Shown: piece after piece, positions 37,128 to 51,053 of the stretch
Layout: each line of letters opens with the position of its first letter
Numbering within the stretch: the stretch's first letter is position 1
Assembly: GCF_036321535.1 (NCBI RefSeq)
Contig: NC_087437.1
Location: 45,634,001 to 45,698,000 of the forward strand
From: Camelus dromedarius
Taxonomy: Eukaryota
Direction of reading: 5' to 3'
DNA length: 64,000 nt
Position numbers and translations under genes: made by a program
The notes under the pieces: model-generated
Told to the model about the DNA's origin: nothing
Databases searched by the model: none
Seen by the model: the letters and a program-made list of their open reading frames with translations, nothing else

Positions 37128-40100
37128 CCACCTTTAGTATTTTAGCTCCTATAGGTTTCTATTGGCTTTACCATTGTCACTCACACAGGACTGCTTATGG
37201 GCTGAGAAGCAAGAAATGGTGAAAATGTAGATAAATAAATATATAAATAAATAAGAGGGAGAGGTTCCAACACTCTTTATTAGCTTTGGAAAACCCCTTT
37301 ACTGCTTCTTTAGCCTGAACTAGAGGGCTTCTGGAGTTCTCTGTGCACATGCTGATGCCCAGTCCTAGGTTTTGAGCTGCATTAAGTTCAGCTAGGGAGA
37401 TACTTAAACTAAATGATAAATGTACTGCTGGCTTGGTGGTATGCTGAATTCTGGTATTCTTCCCAATTCTCATCTTTCTTAATGCTACTTACTTATTACA
37501 GCCTCCAAATAGCTACTCCATGAATCCTGCCTATGCTGTATAGCTGCATTCATTGGGAGAGACAGAGTGGCATGTGTTTTCTCCATCTTGCCCAGAACCA
37601 GACTATCCTATACAATTAGTCTGAATTTAGGGGCCCATACATTCCTCAAACTTGATCTGCCTAAATGAAGTTGGACATCCAAAAATCTGGCATTCATTCT
37701 CACAAAACTGAGCCTCTTGAGAATTGCTTTTATGCCACATTACAGTTATTAATATTTCCTGGCTTCTCTCAAAGGTCATTGTCAGAAGCATACATATGAT
37801 ATTTGTAACTGTAATCAATATAAAAATGTTAATGCCATCACAAACTACATTACTCAATGACCATTTATAAAGTTCTACTTGAGTTTTTTAAATTAATACA
37901 GTGGTAGGAAAATATTTTTTTTCTTAAGAAACTAAAACGCTTACAGCTTTCCAATAGCAAGAGTTCTATCAGTGATTATATACCTCATTTGTTCCTGGAT
38001 CCCAGGAAGCTCAGGGACAAATCAGAAGCCTTATTGTAGTGATTATAATTACATTATCCTATTTTTCCTGCTCCTAATTTTCTATTTCTCCCTTCTAGAT
38101 TTTATTATTTCATTGCATGTGCATTTGTTATATGCGTCCTCAAATTCTTTGCAGACTGTGGCAGAGAATGAATGAATGAATTATAATGAGTAACTAAACT
38201 ATAATTGGTACTTTTCTAGCCATTCAATGGAAATTAATTTTTTCTTTTTAAAAAATTTTATAAGCAGCAAGATATGGAGGGTCTTGCCCGATCATTTCAT
38301 GTCCTAAAGCATCTTCCTTCTACATTTACATTAACATCTGCAAATGCTAATGGACTTTCTGTCTGGAATGGGGATCAGCAAGTCAAAGAACTGAAGTAAA
38401 ATGGGCAATGAAAGACACAATTTGTTCGTGCCCATAACAATAGGCAGTGATGCTAACGTACATGGCAATTTTTATTGAATTTATGCAGCACATTTCAGCA
38501 TCTGGAAACTCTCTGCTTGATTTTAGGATGCAATCAGTTCAAAACCTTAACTATACTCCTCAGGGATTATTCTCCTATTGATTCGGATTTTTAAAAGTTG
38601 CCCATATGAAAGCCTGGGGCACTGATAGGAAGTTAGGGACACCACATATTTTCCTCAGTGATGAAAATAAAAAGCAACTACACTGAAACTGACTTCCCAA
38701 GAGACGGTAAAAGGAAAGCCTCCATTCGTCCACTTGCAGCACAATTTCACAAAATTGGAAGATATGACTTTTCTAGAAAATTAGGTTAATGTCAGCACCA
38801 GATTGGAATTGATGGAGTTCTATTTATTGCCTCTACTGTGACCCTCACTTCAAATAGTGCCCCACTCTCCAAGGCTGAAGCCCTGACGCACTATCTCTGC
38901 AACCCTGCCAGTACTCTTTGCCTCTTTCTAGTCTCTCTCAGTAAACAAACCATCCTTTCTACATGGCAGACGCTGCTGTCCAGCCTCCGAATCAATCCTG
39001 CTCCTGCTCTCCAGTCAATTTACTCTGCCCTCCCTTGTCACTTCCCAGACAGCCACCAGAAAGAAACTGCCCTAAAACTCATTTATGTTCTCCCTTGTCC
39101 TCCCATATGTTTCCTTTTCAAAGCACATTCTTATTTTCACCAGCTGCTGTGGGACTCCTTATTTTGAGGTCTGGATACACTGACTGTACCTAGCATCCTG
39201 ATAGGCTCCCAGCACCCATCTCTTCTTCAGAGACTCTGTGCTCCCTCAATATTGCCATGTTGGACAGGTAACCCCATTATCTTACATCACACTGGGGATC
39301 AATGTCTGAATCAAGCAAAACAACCACATCGGTTTTTTGTGTGGTTTTTAAGTGGACTGATGTGGAAAGAGTCTCAAGGCACAGAGTGATCAGTTAGTAT
39401 GAGATTGACTCTTACAGTAGGCAGCCCACACACCAAGGTACCACACCCTCTTCTGCTGTGGTTGGAAAAAGCCATCAATTGCCAGTGTATTATACACAAC
39501 TCAGGGGTCATCTCATATCTCTCTTCTCAGGCCTCCTTCCAATACCCAAAACATAGAGCCACTGAAACAATGGACCTAGACTCCACAGTGACAAGCTGGA
39601 AGGGATGTGAAAGCTCCTCTGGTCCAAAACCCATACTTTTTCTAATGATTATAGAAGCTGAGACCCTGAAAGTTGACTCAACCAAGGTCAAAGCAGGAAT
39701 TCAAACCCAGGATGCCCAATTCACAGCCACCATTTTTTCTGAGGCCATTTTGCTTCCAAGAAAACTTCCTCCCCTAAACATCCTTACTACTGATTTCTCT
39801 ATGGGTACTATTATCACCAGTGCCCCAATGACTCTTTGCATATTCATCATTCTCTCATTTCTCCTTTAAAATAATTTTTAATTCTATAGATAAAGCACAT
39901 TACATTTCATTACGTCCCTCACTTTCCTTTATATTTCTCACTTTTTCTGCCCTAATTCAGGCCATTTTTACCACCTAACATGACTCCATGTCAGCCTCCA
40001 AACTGCCAGCACACGAATATCTCTAAATGACACTCCTGTATTGTCACTTCCTTACGCAAAACCCTTCTGTAATGTCTCATTCCCTACAAACCATGCGCAA

Positions 40101-43100
40101 GCCTAATGTTCTCCCCAGCACGGCCCCATCTCTCCTGATGGTCCTGCTCACACTACTCTCCCCCATACTATCAGGCAAAAACCTGATTTCCTGCATAACT
40201 AAAATAAGAAACCACATATCAAAGATGAAATAGTTAATTCACCATGAATCAAGAAACTCAGTGTCTTGGAGGAGTTTTAGCTGGGAGAGGTTAGAGTTCT
40301 GAGGCAGAATTGGCCATCAGCAAAATTAATGTTTACTCATGATACCAATACCTAAAATACTGCCAGGTGCTCTACCGAGTATGGGATAGAAGGTGATTGA
40401 GGCATTGTTCCTGGCCTCAAGGAACTCATCATTCTCTAAAGAACAGGAAACCATGTTCAGCTACCTCCTCCTAACTCAGTGAGGTGCATACCACATCAGA
40501 GGCAGGGATACAGGGTTGTGGGGGCTCTTTGACAGAGGCTCCCCCACCTGCCTTTTGGAACTTCCATTGCTCTGTTATCTTCCATCTTCTTTCCGGTATC
40601 CCTTCCTCTCTCATGTTGCATCACCCTCAAGAAGTTCCCCATGGAGCCCTACTCAGATCTGCCACATGCCAGGTTATTTTCTGGCAGGCCTTCTCCTGCC
40701 ACCACTCCTTGCTACCCTCTCTAAACACATTTTCTGCATGTCCTATTTCCTCTCTCTTGTTCAAGATGCTGGCTAGATAGTCTGGCACAAGTCTACTTCA
40801 AGTGTTGAAACTCAGTGATGGTTTCATGAGTCACTCCTTTCAGATAACACTGCATTTGAAAGGGGGCACAGAGCAATGAGGGAATTGCAATCAGGAAGAT
40901 ATTAGGGGAAATGTTCTGATCCTCTGTCACTGAGACTGGAACTAAGGTAGAATCCAAGAGGTCATGAAAGATTGGGCCACGTGTGCCCTAAGTACCTGGA
41001 AGACAAATGTATGGAAAGGATGAGTGCATATGGTAGCTGAGGACCAATACTCATTAGAATGGTTCCATCACAGCAGCCGGGTTCCTGAGTTCAGCCTCGT
41101 GCATTCAGAAACACGAGGGCTAGGCTAGAGGTGGGAGCCAAGGCTGGCAAATACCACGCAAAGTAGGACAAGGAGCTGAGATGCAGGCTACGAGCACCTG
41201 TATCCTGATGATCCCTAACACATCGGGGTGCCAGCTGTTTGACAGAGGGTTGGGTAGACTTTGGTTTAAATGTGGAATCAGGATGAACAAGGAAGGAGAA
41301 ATGACGTCATTATTAATCATAACGATGTTTGATATTTGTTTAGGATTTAAAGTGTTAACATTATTTCACATATACAAAGTCCTCTGAGTCCCAATAAGAT
41401 AAGCAAAGAAGAAACACATCATCCCTGGTTTATAAATGACACACACAAGAGACGCCTTGTACATGTCTGTTGGATGGTTGATTTGTTCACTGAGTAGTTG
41501 TTTCAGTAATTGACCAATGATCCATAAGAAAAGTGACAGTTTTTCCTTCCCAATAAGAGGAAGGTGTAACCATTTCATCAGTGAGGAACTAAAGCTTAAA
41601 GAGATGAGGGGGCTAGTTCCCTAGCCCCTAACTCGTAAGCAGGCCCAGAGTTTGAACTTGCGTTTTCTGACAACATGTTGAGGATGATTATATTGTGTTT
41701 ATTTATAGACCAGCTCTTCTGGCACCCTTGATAGTATCATGTGACCATGTCCTGAATATAAGCTAGCTCTACACCTGCTTTCATAGAAAGGGTACCAAAA
41801 ATCTCCCTTGGCTGCAAGGGTACACCTAACCAGGACTATACAAAGATCAAAAGTAAGAAAAAGCATGTCTTGTGCCTCTTATTCCTTTCTGAACCACCAG
41901 ATTCCGGCTATGAGGAATATATATATATATATATAAATGTATACATATGTACATACATACATATGTACAAACTATAAAGAGTGGTAAGGGTCATATTAAA
42001 TAATTAGGTAGAAAAAAATGCTTTAAATTTCTCTCTAGAAATATGAAACAGAAATTCTAAATGCTTCCTTCTTCTTTAGTGTTTATTCCAGAGTAGTTTA
42101 CTTATTCTCTTTTAATATCCAGCTTTTATGGTCTAGATGCATGTTATTAGAAATTTTATGTTTTCTTTTATGTTTTTTTCTTGTCAGTAAATGGGACAGC
42201 TAGTGAAAAATAATTCTCAGAAGAGATGAAAGGAAACAGTTTTTTCACCCACACCAGACCTGAAAAGTTAGATAAGCACTTTGTATAACATGGACATTAA
42301 ATAGGTTCCAAAAACTGGGTGGAAGATGGTATCTCACATTTGCAGATGAGTGTCAGGATTTTGGAACTAATGGAATATATAATCCAGTGTAAACAGGCAC
42401 CAATTGCTAAAATGATCTGTTTGATGAGTACCAATGAAGTTGGTAGAAAAGATTTTTTTTAATGACAGTGGGGGTGGGTCTGTAGGTGGTCCTAAAATTC
42501 AGAATGAGAAGGTTGAATCTGATGCCAAAAAAAGAAAGATAAAGGAAATAATGATGTTTAAATGAGTCACATTTAAACACCTATTCTATGAGAAAATACT
42601 TGGAAACAGAATTTTACATTCAGTTAATGGCACCCATTTAAAATAATAACCCAAAATGTTCTATATCAATGGAATCGTTGAAATAAGGAATAAAATGTCA
42701 TCTATCATCACCCTCAAAAATGTATTTGCTGAAGCTTCACACATGCATAGGACCAATATCTAGCAAGTCACCAGATATTTTCTTTAAGTTTACAATTTTT
42801 TAAAGTATTGATATGGGAAAGTAAGTTTTTAAAGTCCTTTTTTTAAAAAAATAAGCACATCTATGATAGATGTACAATTACATTATATAGTTAACAAAGT
42901 ATCAGAAATATGAAACAAGTTTTTGATGGTGTTTAGTGGTAAAAAAAATGTTGACAACTTGATCAGGTAGTTCCTGATCACACGTTTGCAAGAAGACTAC
43001 AAAATATATTTTGTGACTATGGTGAGTTTTCACCTTTGCTAAACTAACTGTCCTAAATCAATCTTTCACCATGAAAAGAAAGGATGGAGGGAAGGAAAGA

Positions 43101-43419
43101 AAGGAGGGAGGGAGGCAGACAGACAAGACAGACAAGAACAAACTGTAGAGGGCTGAAAGAATAGGAGAGGGATAAGAGAAGAACGGCAGAGAGGCAAACG
43201 GTGTCTATTAGGATTTACACATCGCAAACTCATTTCATCAACACAGCCCTGCTTTGTGACCATCATTATCATCATTTTCCAGATGTGAAAAACCATGCTG
43301 GCCAAGCGGTACAGTTACTTGTTCAAAACCAAAGAATGATGGTGTCAGATTTTAACCCAGAACAGTGGCCCCACACGGAACTGCTTCCTTAACTCAGGGG
43401 TCTACCTTGGGTTCCCCAA

Positions 43420-43809
43420 AGTATTTCTGTTGCAATGCTCTGGGGGGCCATGGAGGCACTTGCTCTCCCTTCAGGAGAACCTGCTGCAGGGGATGTAGGT
43501 GATTTACAACCTCCATCTGCCTCATCTTTGGACCCACTGCAAATTCACACCGTAACTCTCCCAGCTGCTCTCAGCCAGTGAATGAGCACAGACATACGTG
43601 AACCAGGCCACCTCTGTCAACACAGGATTCCTGTAACAGGCACCTTCTTTCTCTCTTTTCACAAACGGCAGATCTGCATTGTGGTCTGAGAATTCTTGCC
43701 TTCTGATCCTCCACCTTCACCTTCACCTTCACAGGTGTTTTACCCAATACACCTCCTACAAATCTAATCCCGTCTTGGTGTTTACTCCTTAAGGTCCTGA
43801 ACTGACACA
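43420..43809 (+). mobile_element. ERVL solo LTR, LTR16-like
   Basis: CTCTCAGCCAGTGAATGAGC..CACAGGTGTTTTACCCAATA..CTAATCCCGTCTTGGTGT..CCTGAACTGACACA. Confidence 0.8.
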
Positions 43810-44789
43810 AATGCACATTCACATGCAGAGCAATGCCCTGGGTAGATCCAGAGTTTTACAGCCAGGCTGAAGCCTTGATCAGACAGGGCATGGATTTATG
43901 AACAACTCTCAGCACACTCACTGTAATCTCCAGGGGAAAAAAAAAGAAGACAGTAGACCATAAACTCTCCCAACACCACTAGTGCTACTGACTAATCAAA
44001 ACCACTGAAGGTGACATGCTCCCCACTGGGAAACCATGATTCCAACTAGAATTGAAGGTACACGAGACTCTCCTTGGTAGAGTTAAGATTCAGCAGAGAT
44101 AGGGAGCATAGAGTTCATTCAAGTCAGTCCAGAACAGAGGTTTAGAATCAGAATGACCTGGTTAAGAAGTAATTAAGAAAAAAAAAAAAACTACCCTGCT
44201 TTAGATATCATTGTCACTCCTAAGTTTCTTTAAAAGATTCTGGGATTTTTCCACACCTCTGAGAAGGAAGAGGCACTGTCACAGATATACAAGCCTACCA
44301 GTCCACTTGAGAATTCATACCTGCCCTTCAGTGATGGAAGATTTCTTCTGTTAGCAACAATGTCTAATTCATCAATGTTCACATCTTAGAGGAGTAAATG
44401 TATCTTAAGTTGGAGACAGGAGAGGACAGCTAATCACAGTGTTCTAATGATAATCACCAGGGAATTCACCATGTTCACAGCACTTTTCTTATTACTTACA
44501 TAAGACTGACAGAGTGACATCCCAGGCGTAAGAACAAGATGAACAGTACAATTTGAATGTCCTTATCCTGTATTAGAATGTTGTTACATCAAATACTGTA
44601 TACGGTAAACACAGAAAGGTCACAGATTAGAATTTCAAAACTTTTCTTTCCCTTTTGCTTTTTGAGGCAAATCAAATATACTGACCATATTTGTAGGAGG
44701 ATTTGGTCAGATGACCGTATGCCTCAGTTGTGACTATCTCCTAACATACAGTCTCCACCTTCATCTAAAAATTCTCTTCCATCTTCTCC

Positions 44790-44793
<4 letters not shown>

Positions 44794-44844
<51 letters not shown>
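44794..44844. repeat. (AC)25 microsatellite
   Basis: Read directly from sequence. Confidence 0.98.
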
Positions 44845-44846
<2 letters not shown>

Positions 44847-46342
44847 CTACTTCTTCTACAAAAGGCTATCATGTAACAAAAAAGGTGGTGGAGAGGGAGG
44901 GAGTCACAGAGTCATTCTTTCAAAATCCAGTTTAACACTTTGAAGGCTGGTGACCAGGACATGCTGTACTTGGAACCACAAAAAAGAAAATAAAGAAACA
45001 ACTTAGGCAAAACCTATATACGCCGAAGGTCTTCTGTGAGATAAGCAGAGGCTGGAAGTCCATTTCAGAAATAAGGAATGTTATGCACTGCACATCAGAT
45101 GCCCTGCACCCAGTCACACTCAGTGAGTAAATAAAAGAATTTGAAGGAATTAGGCTCTTAATTTTGAATTCTACCTTTCAATTTGAAAAAAATCCCACAT
45201 GTCAAAGGCAATTAAATAACTAGCATGTATCTGAACTATAAACAATTAGTTGGGAGTCTTACCCAGCATTGTATGCTGTAAACAAAATCTTTGGAACTTA
45301 AAAAGGATATACTGCAGTATTGCAAAATGATTTCATCATTTAAAAGATAATGGTATTATAAAATAGAGAGCAGAACTACTGCCTTCTTAATATTTTAAAC
45401 AGAATTTAGGTGAACATCTTAAATGTCAACAATCATCCTTTTTTGATAGTAACTATAGATTTTCTTTAAAAAATAACTTTGTAAAAATACAGTAAATAAA
45501 TTTTGCATGGCTAAAATTACTTCACTCTGTTGAAGCTCTAGGAATAAATTCCCTAGGACTAAAGTAGAAGTAACTCTTATGTTCAACTGGGCATTTTCCA
45601 TTTATTGCTTTCAGCTTTAAATGGCAAAGCATTATTTTTATTATTAAAAATAGTACTGAGCTACAGAAACTTTAAGTAATGTATGAATATTAGTTATAAC
45701 AATTCTGGCCCACTATAAGAAAACCTAATATATTTTTTAAAACTTATTTATAAAGAGTTAGGACTGCTTATTAATATTACCAAAGCATTCCTTGCCTTCA
45801 GAAATGATTTACTACAGAGTATTTTAAATTGCACGATGTAACCTATTTAATATTAAGCAGTAAATGATTAAATAGTGATCTTTGGGCTACTGTCATCTGC
45901 AGAATATTTAATAGGGTTGGTTAAGAAGTGTCACTGGGCCACACAAATGTAAGATTCCCTTTTAATAAGATCTCAAAACATAAAAGCCTTTATGCACCAA
46001 ATGGCCACAGAAATCGCCCATAAGCACAGCAAACAAAGCGTACAGATTCACAAGGAAGAACAAACGATATACTTCTGTGGAGTCATTAAAAAGTCCAGCT
46101 ATAGAAGAAAATTAAATGACACGGAAACGTTTTACTACTAGTGAGTGAAAAAAAAACAGATCACAAAAAAGTATTTCGAGCATGAGCCCTATTTTTTAAA
46201 GTTACACAAACAAGCACATATATAAATTTATAAAATTCCAGGGGATATATACTAAGATACTAGAATAATAGTTGACATTTTTTATTTTTACATAATTCTG
46301 GGTTTTCCAATTTTTTAATGATATCTTTCTTTTATAACCCAT

Positions 46343-46700
46343 GATATCAATCAGCACTGACTGCATTATACTGTGGTGACAAACAACCCCATGATCTTGT
46401 GGCTTTACCCAAGAAAAGCTTATCTCACCTATTTATTTACATGGGCAGGGATGCTCTGCTCATGGAGTCAGTCAGGGACCCAGACTGATGGCAGCTTCAC
46501 CCCACACACCGTCCCCTGACCACCGAGACCACAAAGAGACTACGGTGAATCACGCACAGCTCTGGAAACTTCTACCTGGAAATGACACAGATCCCTACCT
46601 GCCACTCATGATTCATTGGAAAAACCAACCACACGGCCAAAACTAACTGCAAAGAGGGTAGGCAAGTGGAATCTGACCTTATGCCCAGACCTGGCTAAAA
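46343..46700 (-). mobile_element. MaLR solo LTR (MLT1J/K/L-like)
   Basis: TGTGGTGACAAACAACCCC..CAGGGACCCAGACTGATGGCAGC..TTCTACCTGGAAATGACAC..CACGGCCAAAACTAACTGCAA. Confidence 0.7.
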
Positions 46701-47239
46701 ATCCTAGATTGATACTAAATCACAAGGATAATAGTTAATTTTTAAAATATATTTTAGCTTCTCCAATTTTTCTAAAATAGCATATATTTTTATAATGCCT
46801 CTGGAAAACTTCACAACAAATACTATTCCTAAAATGAGAAAAACTTATCAGCACAACATTCAGAAAAAAGAAAGAAAAATGTTATTTTCCAAATAGAGAT
46901 GATAACACCACCAGAGGAGATTATTTATTCTAACAGTGACAAAATAAAAGAAGCCTGTATTGGAGAGAAAACAAGGTCCAACATGAGGTCAATGATCCTA
47001 GAGTCAAAGTAAAGCCTGCTTCGTACAAAAACAGGAGAGGGCTAGGATCTGGTAATACAGCCCTGAAGCAGCAGCCCCCTCCACCCTGACAAAACCATTG
47101 ATTAAAAGCTATCAGCCTAGTGACAAAGAACCAGAGTGATCTGAGAACACACTGTGCAGTGCTGATGGACCGCAGTTAATAGTAAACTCTAGCCTTCAGT
47201 TATTACAGAGCCTGAGGTCATTCCGAGTTAGCCCTTCTG

Positions 47240-48050
47240 TTGTTCACTCATTCATCTTATATTTATGATGCACTTAACTATAGGCTTGACACCACTGTGG
47301 GTCTTGGGTCCGACCAATGAACAAAACAGGTGTACTTCCTGCTCCCCCGGAGTTTATATTCTAATGTGGGGTCGAGAAACAGGCAATAAGCAGAGTATGT
47401 CCAGAAGGCAGTGAGTGCAAACTTATATGCACAGTAAGGAGGCAGAGAGGGGCAGAGGGTGCTGCCTGAGACAGAGTGGTCGGGGATGACCTCTGTGACG
47501 AAGTGACACTGAAGCAGAAACCTAAAGGAGTCAAGAGAAAAAGCAACCCAGTTGTCTAGGAAGAGAGCATTCTAGACAGAATAGCAACTGCAAAGGCCCA
47601 GAGGGTAGACCAGCAGTTGTGTGTTCAGAGAGCAGCCAGGGGGCTGGGGGGGGGGGGGGGGGCTGGAGTAGAGTGAGCAAGGGGGAAGTTGTAAGACATG
47701 GGATCAGGGAGGCATCTAGGTGTGAGATGACAGGACCTTTGGGGTCATGGTAGGAAAAGACTTTTGAATTTTATTCATTATGCAAACAAAAGCCATTGGT
47801 AAACTCTGAGCAGAGAAGTGACATAATCTTACCTTCATTTTAAACCCAATTATTCTGGTTACTTTGGAAAATAGTCAAGGGGAGAAGCAGGCTGATCAGC
47901 ACAGAGGCTACTGCAATACTCTAGGTGAGATCACTGAAGCACAGTGAGTGGGGGAGGTGATGGAAAGACTGAGGACATCATTTCAAGGAGGACCAGCAGT
48001 ACTTGCTGATGGACTGGACTTGGTAGGTGAGAAAGAGGAGTCAAAGAATA
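47240..48050 (-). mobile_element. L2 LINE 3' part, containing a long G run at ~47646-47662
   Basis: TTCACTCATTCATC..ATGAACAAAACAG..GGAGTTTATATTCTA..TGCAAAGGCCCAGAGG..TTTGAATTTTATTC. Confidence 0.8.
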
Positions 48051-50902
48051 TTCTGATACCATTTTATGATAAAGTACAGACTCCGAGGACCCCCTTCTAT
48101 ATAATATTCTACAGGAATATCTAGAATGGATGAACCCAACAGAATAATTACTGGTGCCCAGAGGTGGCTATACAGAGGGGGTGAAAAAATTATAAAGTAT
48201 ATTCCTACCTCACACAGAGTTCTTTTTTAAAAACAAAGCTTATTTCTGTCCGGCTGGGTTACATGTCACAATTTCAAAATGGGTTCTAATTTTTAACAAA
48301 GAAACCTGATATGAGTACAATTTTTCATATTTAAGTACTATACTCCTGTTAAGTGATTATTATATGGAGCCTTAAAAGAATCCTTTCTGGTTCATCTGTG
48401 GATTTAAGGGGTAGATCGTGACTAGTAGTGTAGGTAACATAAGAACAGGACTGATTGTACCACAGCAGCAGAGCCCTCTTTCAAAAGAATCCTTGATTGC
48501 TACCGCCTCTGCTCAACACTTTCATGTAGTACATAGAAGAGGACCAACCCTTTTCCTCAACAATTCATTATATCTTGGGCAGAGTTCTCCCACAGTATAA
48601 TTTGAGCTGTCTGTCCAATACCAGTATGACTTAAGACAGAGGAAAATATTAAATTAAACATAAAATATTTAAGTATCTTGGTGAGAAAACTGTTTTTTTA
48701 AGTGGATATATATATTTTTTTAATGTATTGTGAAATACAGATTTGAACATGAATCTTGGGAAGACTTAACATCAAAAGCAAAACATACCAAAACTATGAA
48801 ATCTTTTGACGGCAAAGAAGACCTAGAGGAAAAAGCGATGACAGTAATGGAACCATGAAATGAAAACAAAGATTATATTAAGTTGGTAAATCATCATCAA
48901 AAAATTCTGGTGAGAGACGAAAGGGTGTTTGAGGAGTTGCCATGCATAGCATCACTTAGAGAGCAATGTGGCTAGAGTTGGAGACTGTCTCCATCACCCT
49001 CTCCAACAGAGGGGTTGCTCCCAGCCCTCCCTCTCCAGTTATCCACTTGTTAAAACTAAAATCTTAGCTCCCACATAAAGCTTTTCTAGAGTTATTTATG
49101 AGGATGGTACTTTTTATATCAAGTAGGAAAAATAAAACTTTCTCAATCGGCAGAAAGAAACATTTTTAAACAAAGTTTAGTGAGCATTTTATAAGGCAGA
49201 ACCAATTCCCATGGTTAAAAAGGAAAACAAAAAAATTCTCACACCAAAACTCTATGAAAAACATTGCTAAAATAACCAAGGACTGATTTGCACAAACCCT
49301 GTCTCACTCTTTCATTTCTCTGGCATAACTGTGTGACCCTCTGGGGCTGGAGCCTTAATAAGCTTTGTTCCTTCTGTATAAAAATAAATCTATAGAAGGT
49401 CAAGGAAAAGCACTTTTTAAAAATATAATGACAAAATTGAGTGAAGAAAATAAGACAAATGTCGGATAATATATTCAACATGACATCTTTGCCTTAATTA
49501 TTTGCATGTTTAAAAACAAGTATTTACTCATCAACTCATAGATTGTGGTCCGCATTCTGTCATTCGCTTTGTTGGGGACAACAAGTATCTAGATGAGTGG
49601 TTCTCACTCCTGGTCTGAGGGACAGGAAGGAGGAAGTGACCTGATTATTAGAATCTTCATGGGGAGATCATTTGAAATTCTCCCAACAGAGGAATCAAAT
49701 GCCAAGACTCCGTTCTTCTTAACCCTTTACCCTCAGTTGAGAACTACTAGCCTATATAAAGATTGTTTGAAGAAAAACAATTCTAACCCCTTCTAAACAT
49801 CCCACACCCACAGAGAGACATAATTTCCCTATTTTCAGTCAAATACAACTACCTAAGACATAACCTAATGTGTAATATCAATACAGTTAGACTGGATCAT
49901 ACATGGTACTTGCCAAGTATTACCTATTGAATCCTCAAAGGACCACCATAAAACCTGTCGATCAAAGAACACTAAGTGTATCAGACCTACTGTAGTAACA
50001 TCTGGACAGAGTGAGTCTGAGAGTATCTCTGAAAACAGTGGTATGGAATAGATCTTTATAGATCCTGGGTTCTGGGCTCAAACGAGTTAAGAAGGGTTTT
50101 CAAGGCACAAAACAGAAAGGGAGTAGGCAAAATGCGTGAGATAATAGTTTCCAATTGATGGACACAGTGAAGCAAGTGCCCAGAAGGGAGTCTTGATAAG
50201 TAAATGGGAGCTGGGGAAACAAGCTGCTGGCTCCGCTGTGCAGCGTGTTACCGAGAAAGGAGAGCTGTTTACCCAGATGAGCAAATTATTTGCCCGAAAA
50301 AATTAGTCTTCGAAATTTCCTGAAGTAAACAATGAGGTTATTTATTGGCTTACAGTCTTATCTTTCTGAATAAGAACTTCCTGCCACAAACAAGTTAAGT
50401 CTTGCTGACACAGGTGGCCTTGCTTATTAGTCCTGAGAGTTCAGTTATGTAGACACAGGTGGTCCCCTTCTCACTGAAGAGGCCAGCAGATGATTAGACG
50501 TTTCATTCATAATAAATCAGGGTGGAGTAAGAGTTCAGGAGGGTCAAAAGCAAGCAAAAATGTTAGTTGGAGCTGTCGGCAGAAAAGTGAGTCACAAATC
50601 AGGACTTGGGAAGACAGGGACGAGGTAGGGACGAGTAGGAAGTCGTGTTAATAAGTCATCACGGAGACCAGGAAAATTGACAAGTGTCTAGACAGATGGC
50701 CACTTGGTGCAACAGTTGTGGATCTGATTATTTAAGGTCCCAGACAGGTTGGACTGGTCAACTAGTCCCTGTTTCCTCAACTCATCCCCTATCTAGAGAG
50801 AACCAGGACCAGAAGATGGAACCTCCAAGTAGGGAGATTAAAAGTGAGCACTAGGGGAAAAACTGATGAGATCTAAAAAGATCTGTAGAGCAGTTCCTAC
50901 TA

Positions 50903-51053
50903 CTGTATCAATGGTAAGTTCCTGCTTGTGATCATGGTACTGTGACTATATAAAGTATTAACATTATGGAAAGCTCAGGGAAGGATATATGAGAAGGTTT
51001 TGTTTTACAGCTTTTCTGTAAGTCTAAAAGTAGTTCCAAAAAAAGTTTAAAAT
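50903..51053 (+). mobile_element. Ancient L1MC/MD 3' terminus
   Basis: CTTTTCTGTAAGTCTAAAAGTAGTTCCAAAAAAAGTTTAAAA. Confidence 0.65.

Noticed and set aside
39399..39869. 156-aa ORF
   Set aside because: Runs across MIR/L2 relics; no domain or splice support
47639..47666. G-run with G-quadruplex potential
   Set aside because: Simple homopolymer expansion inside an L2, and its length is unreliable
50480..50497. CTCF-like GGCCAGCAGATGA
   Set aside because: Lacks the GGCGC/GGCAG 3' half of the motif
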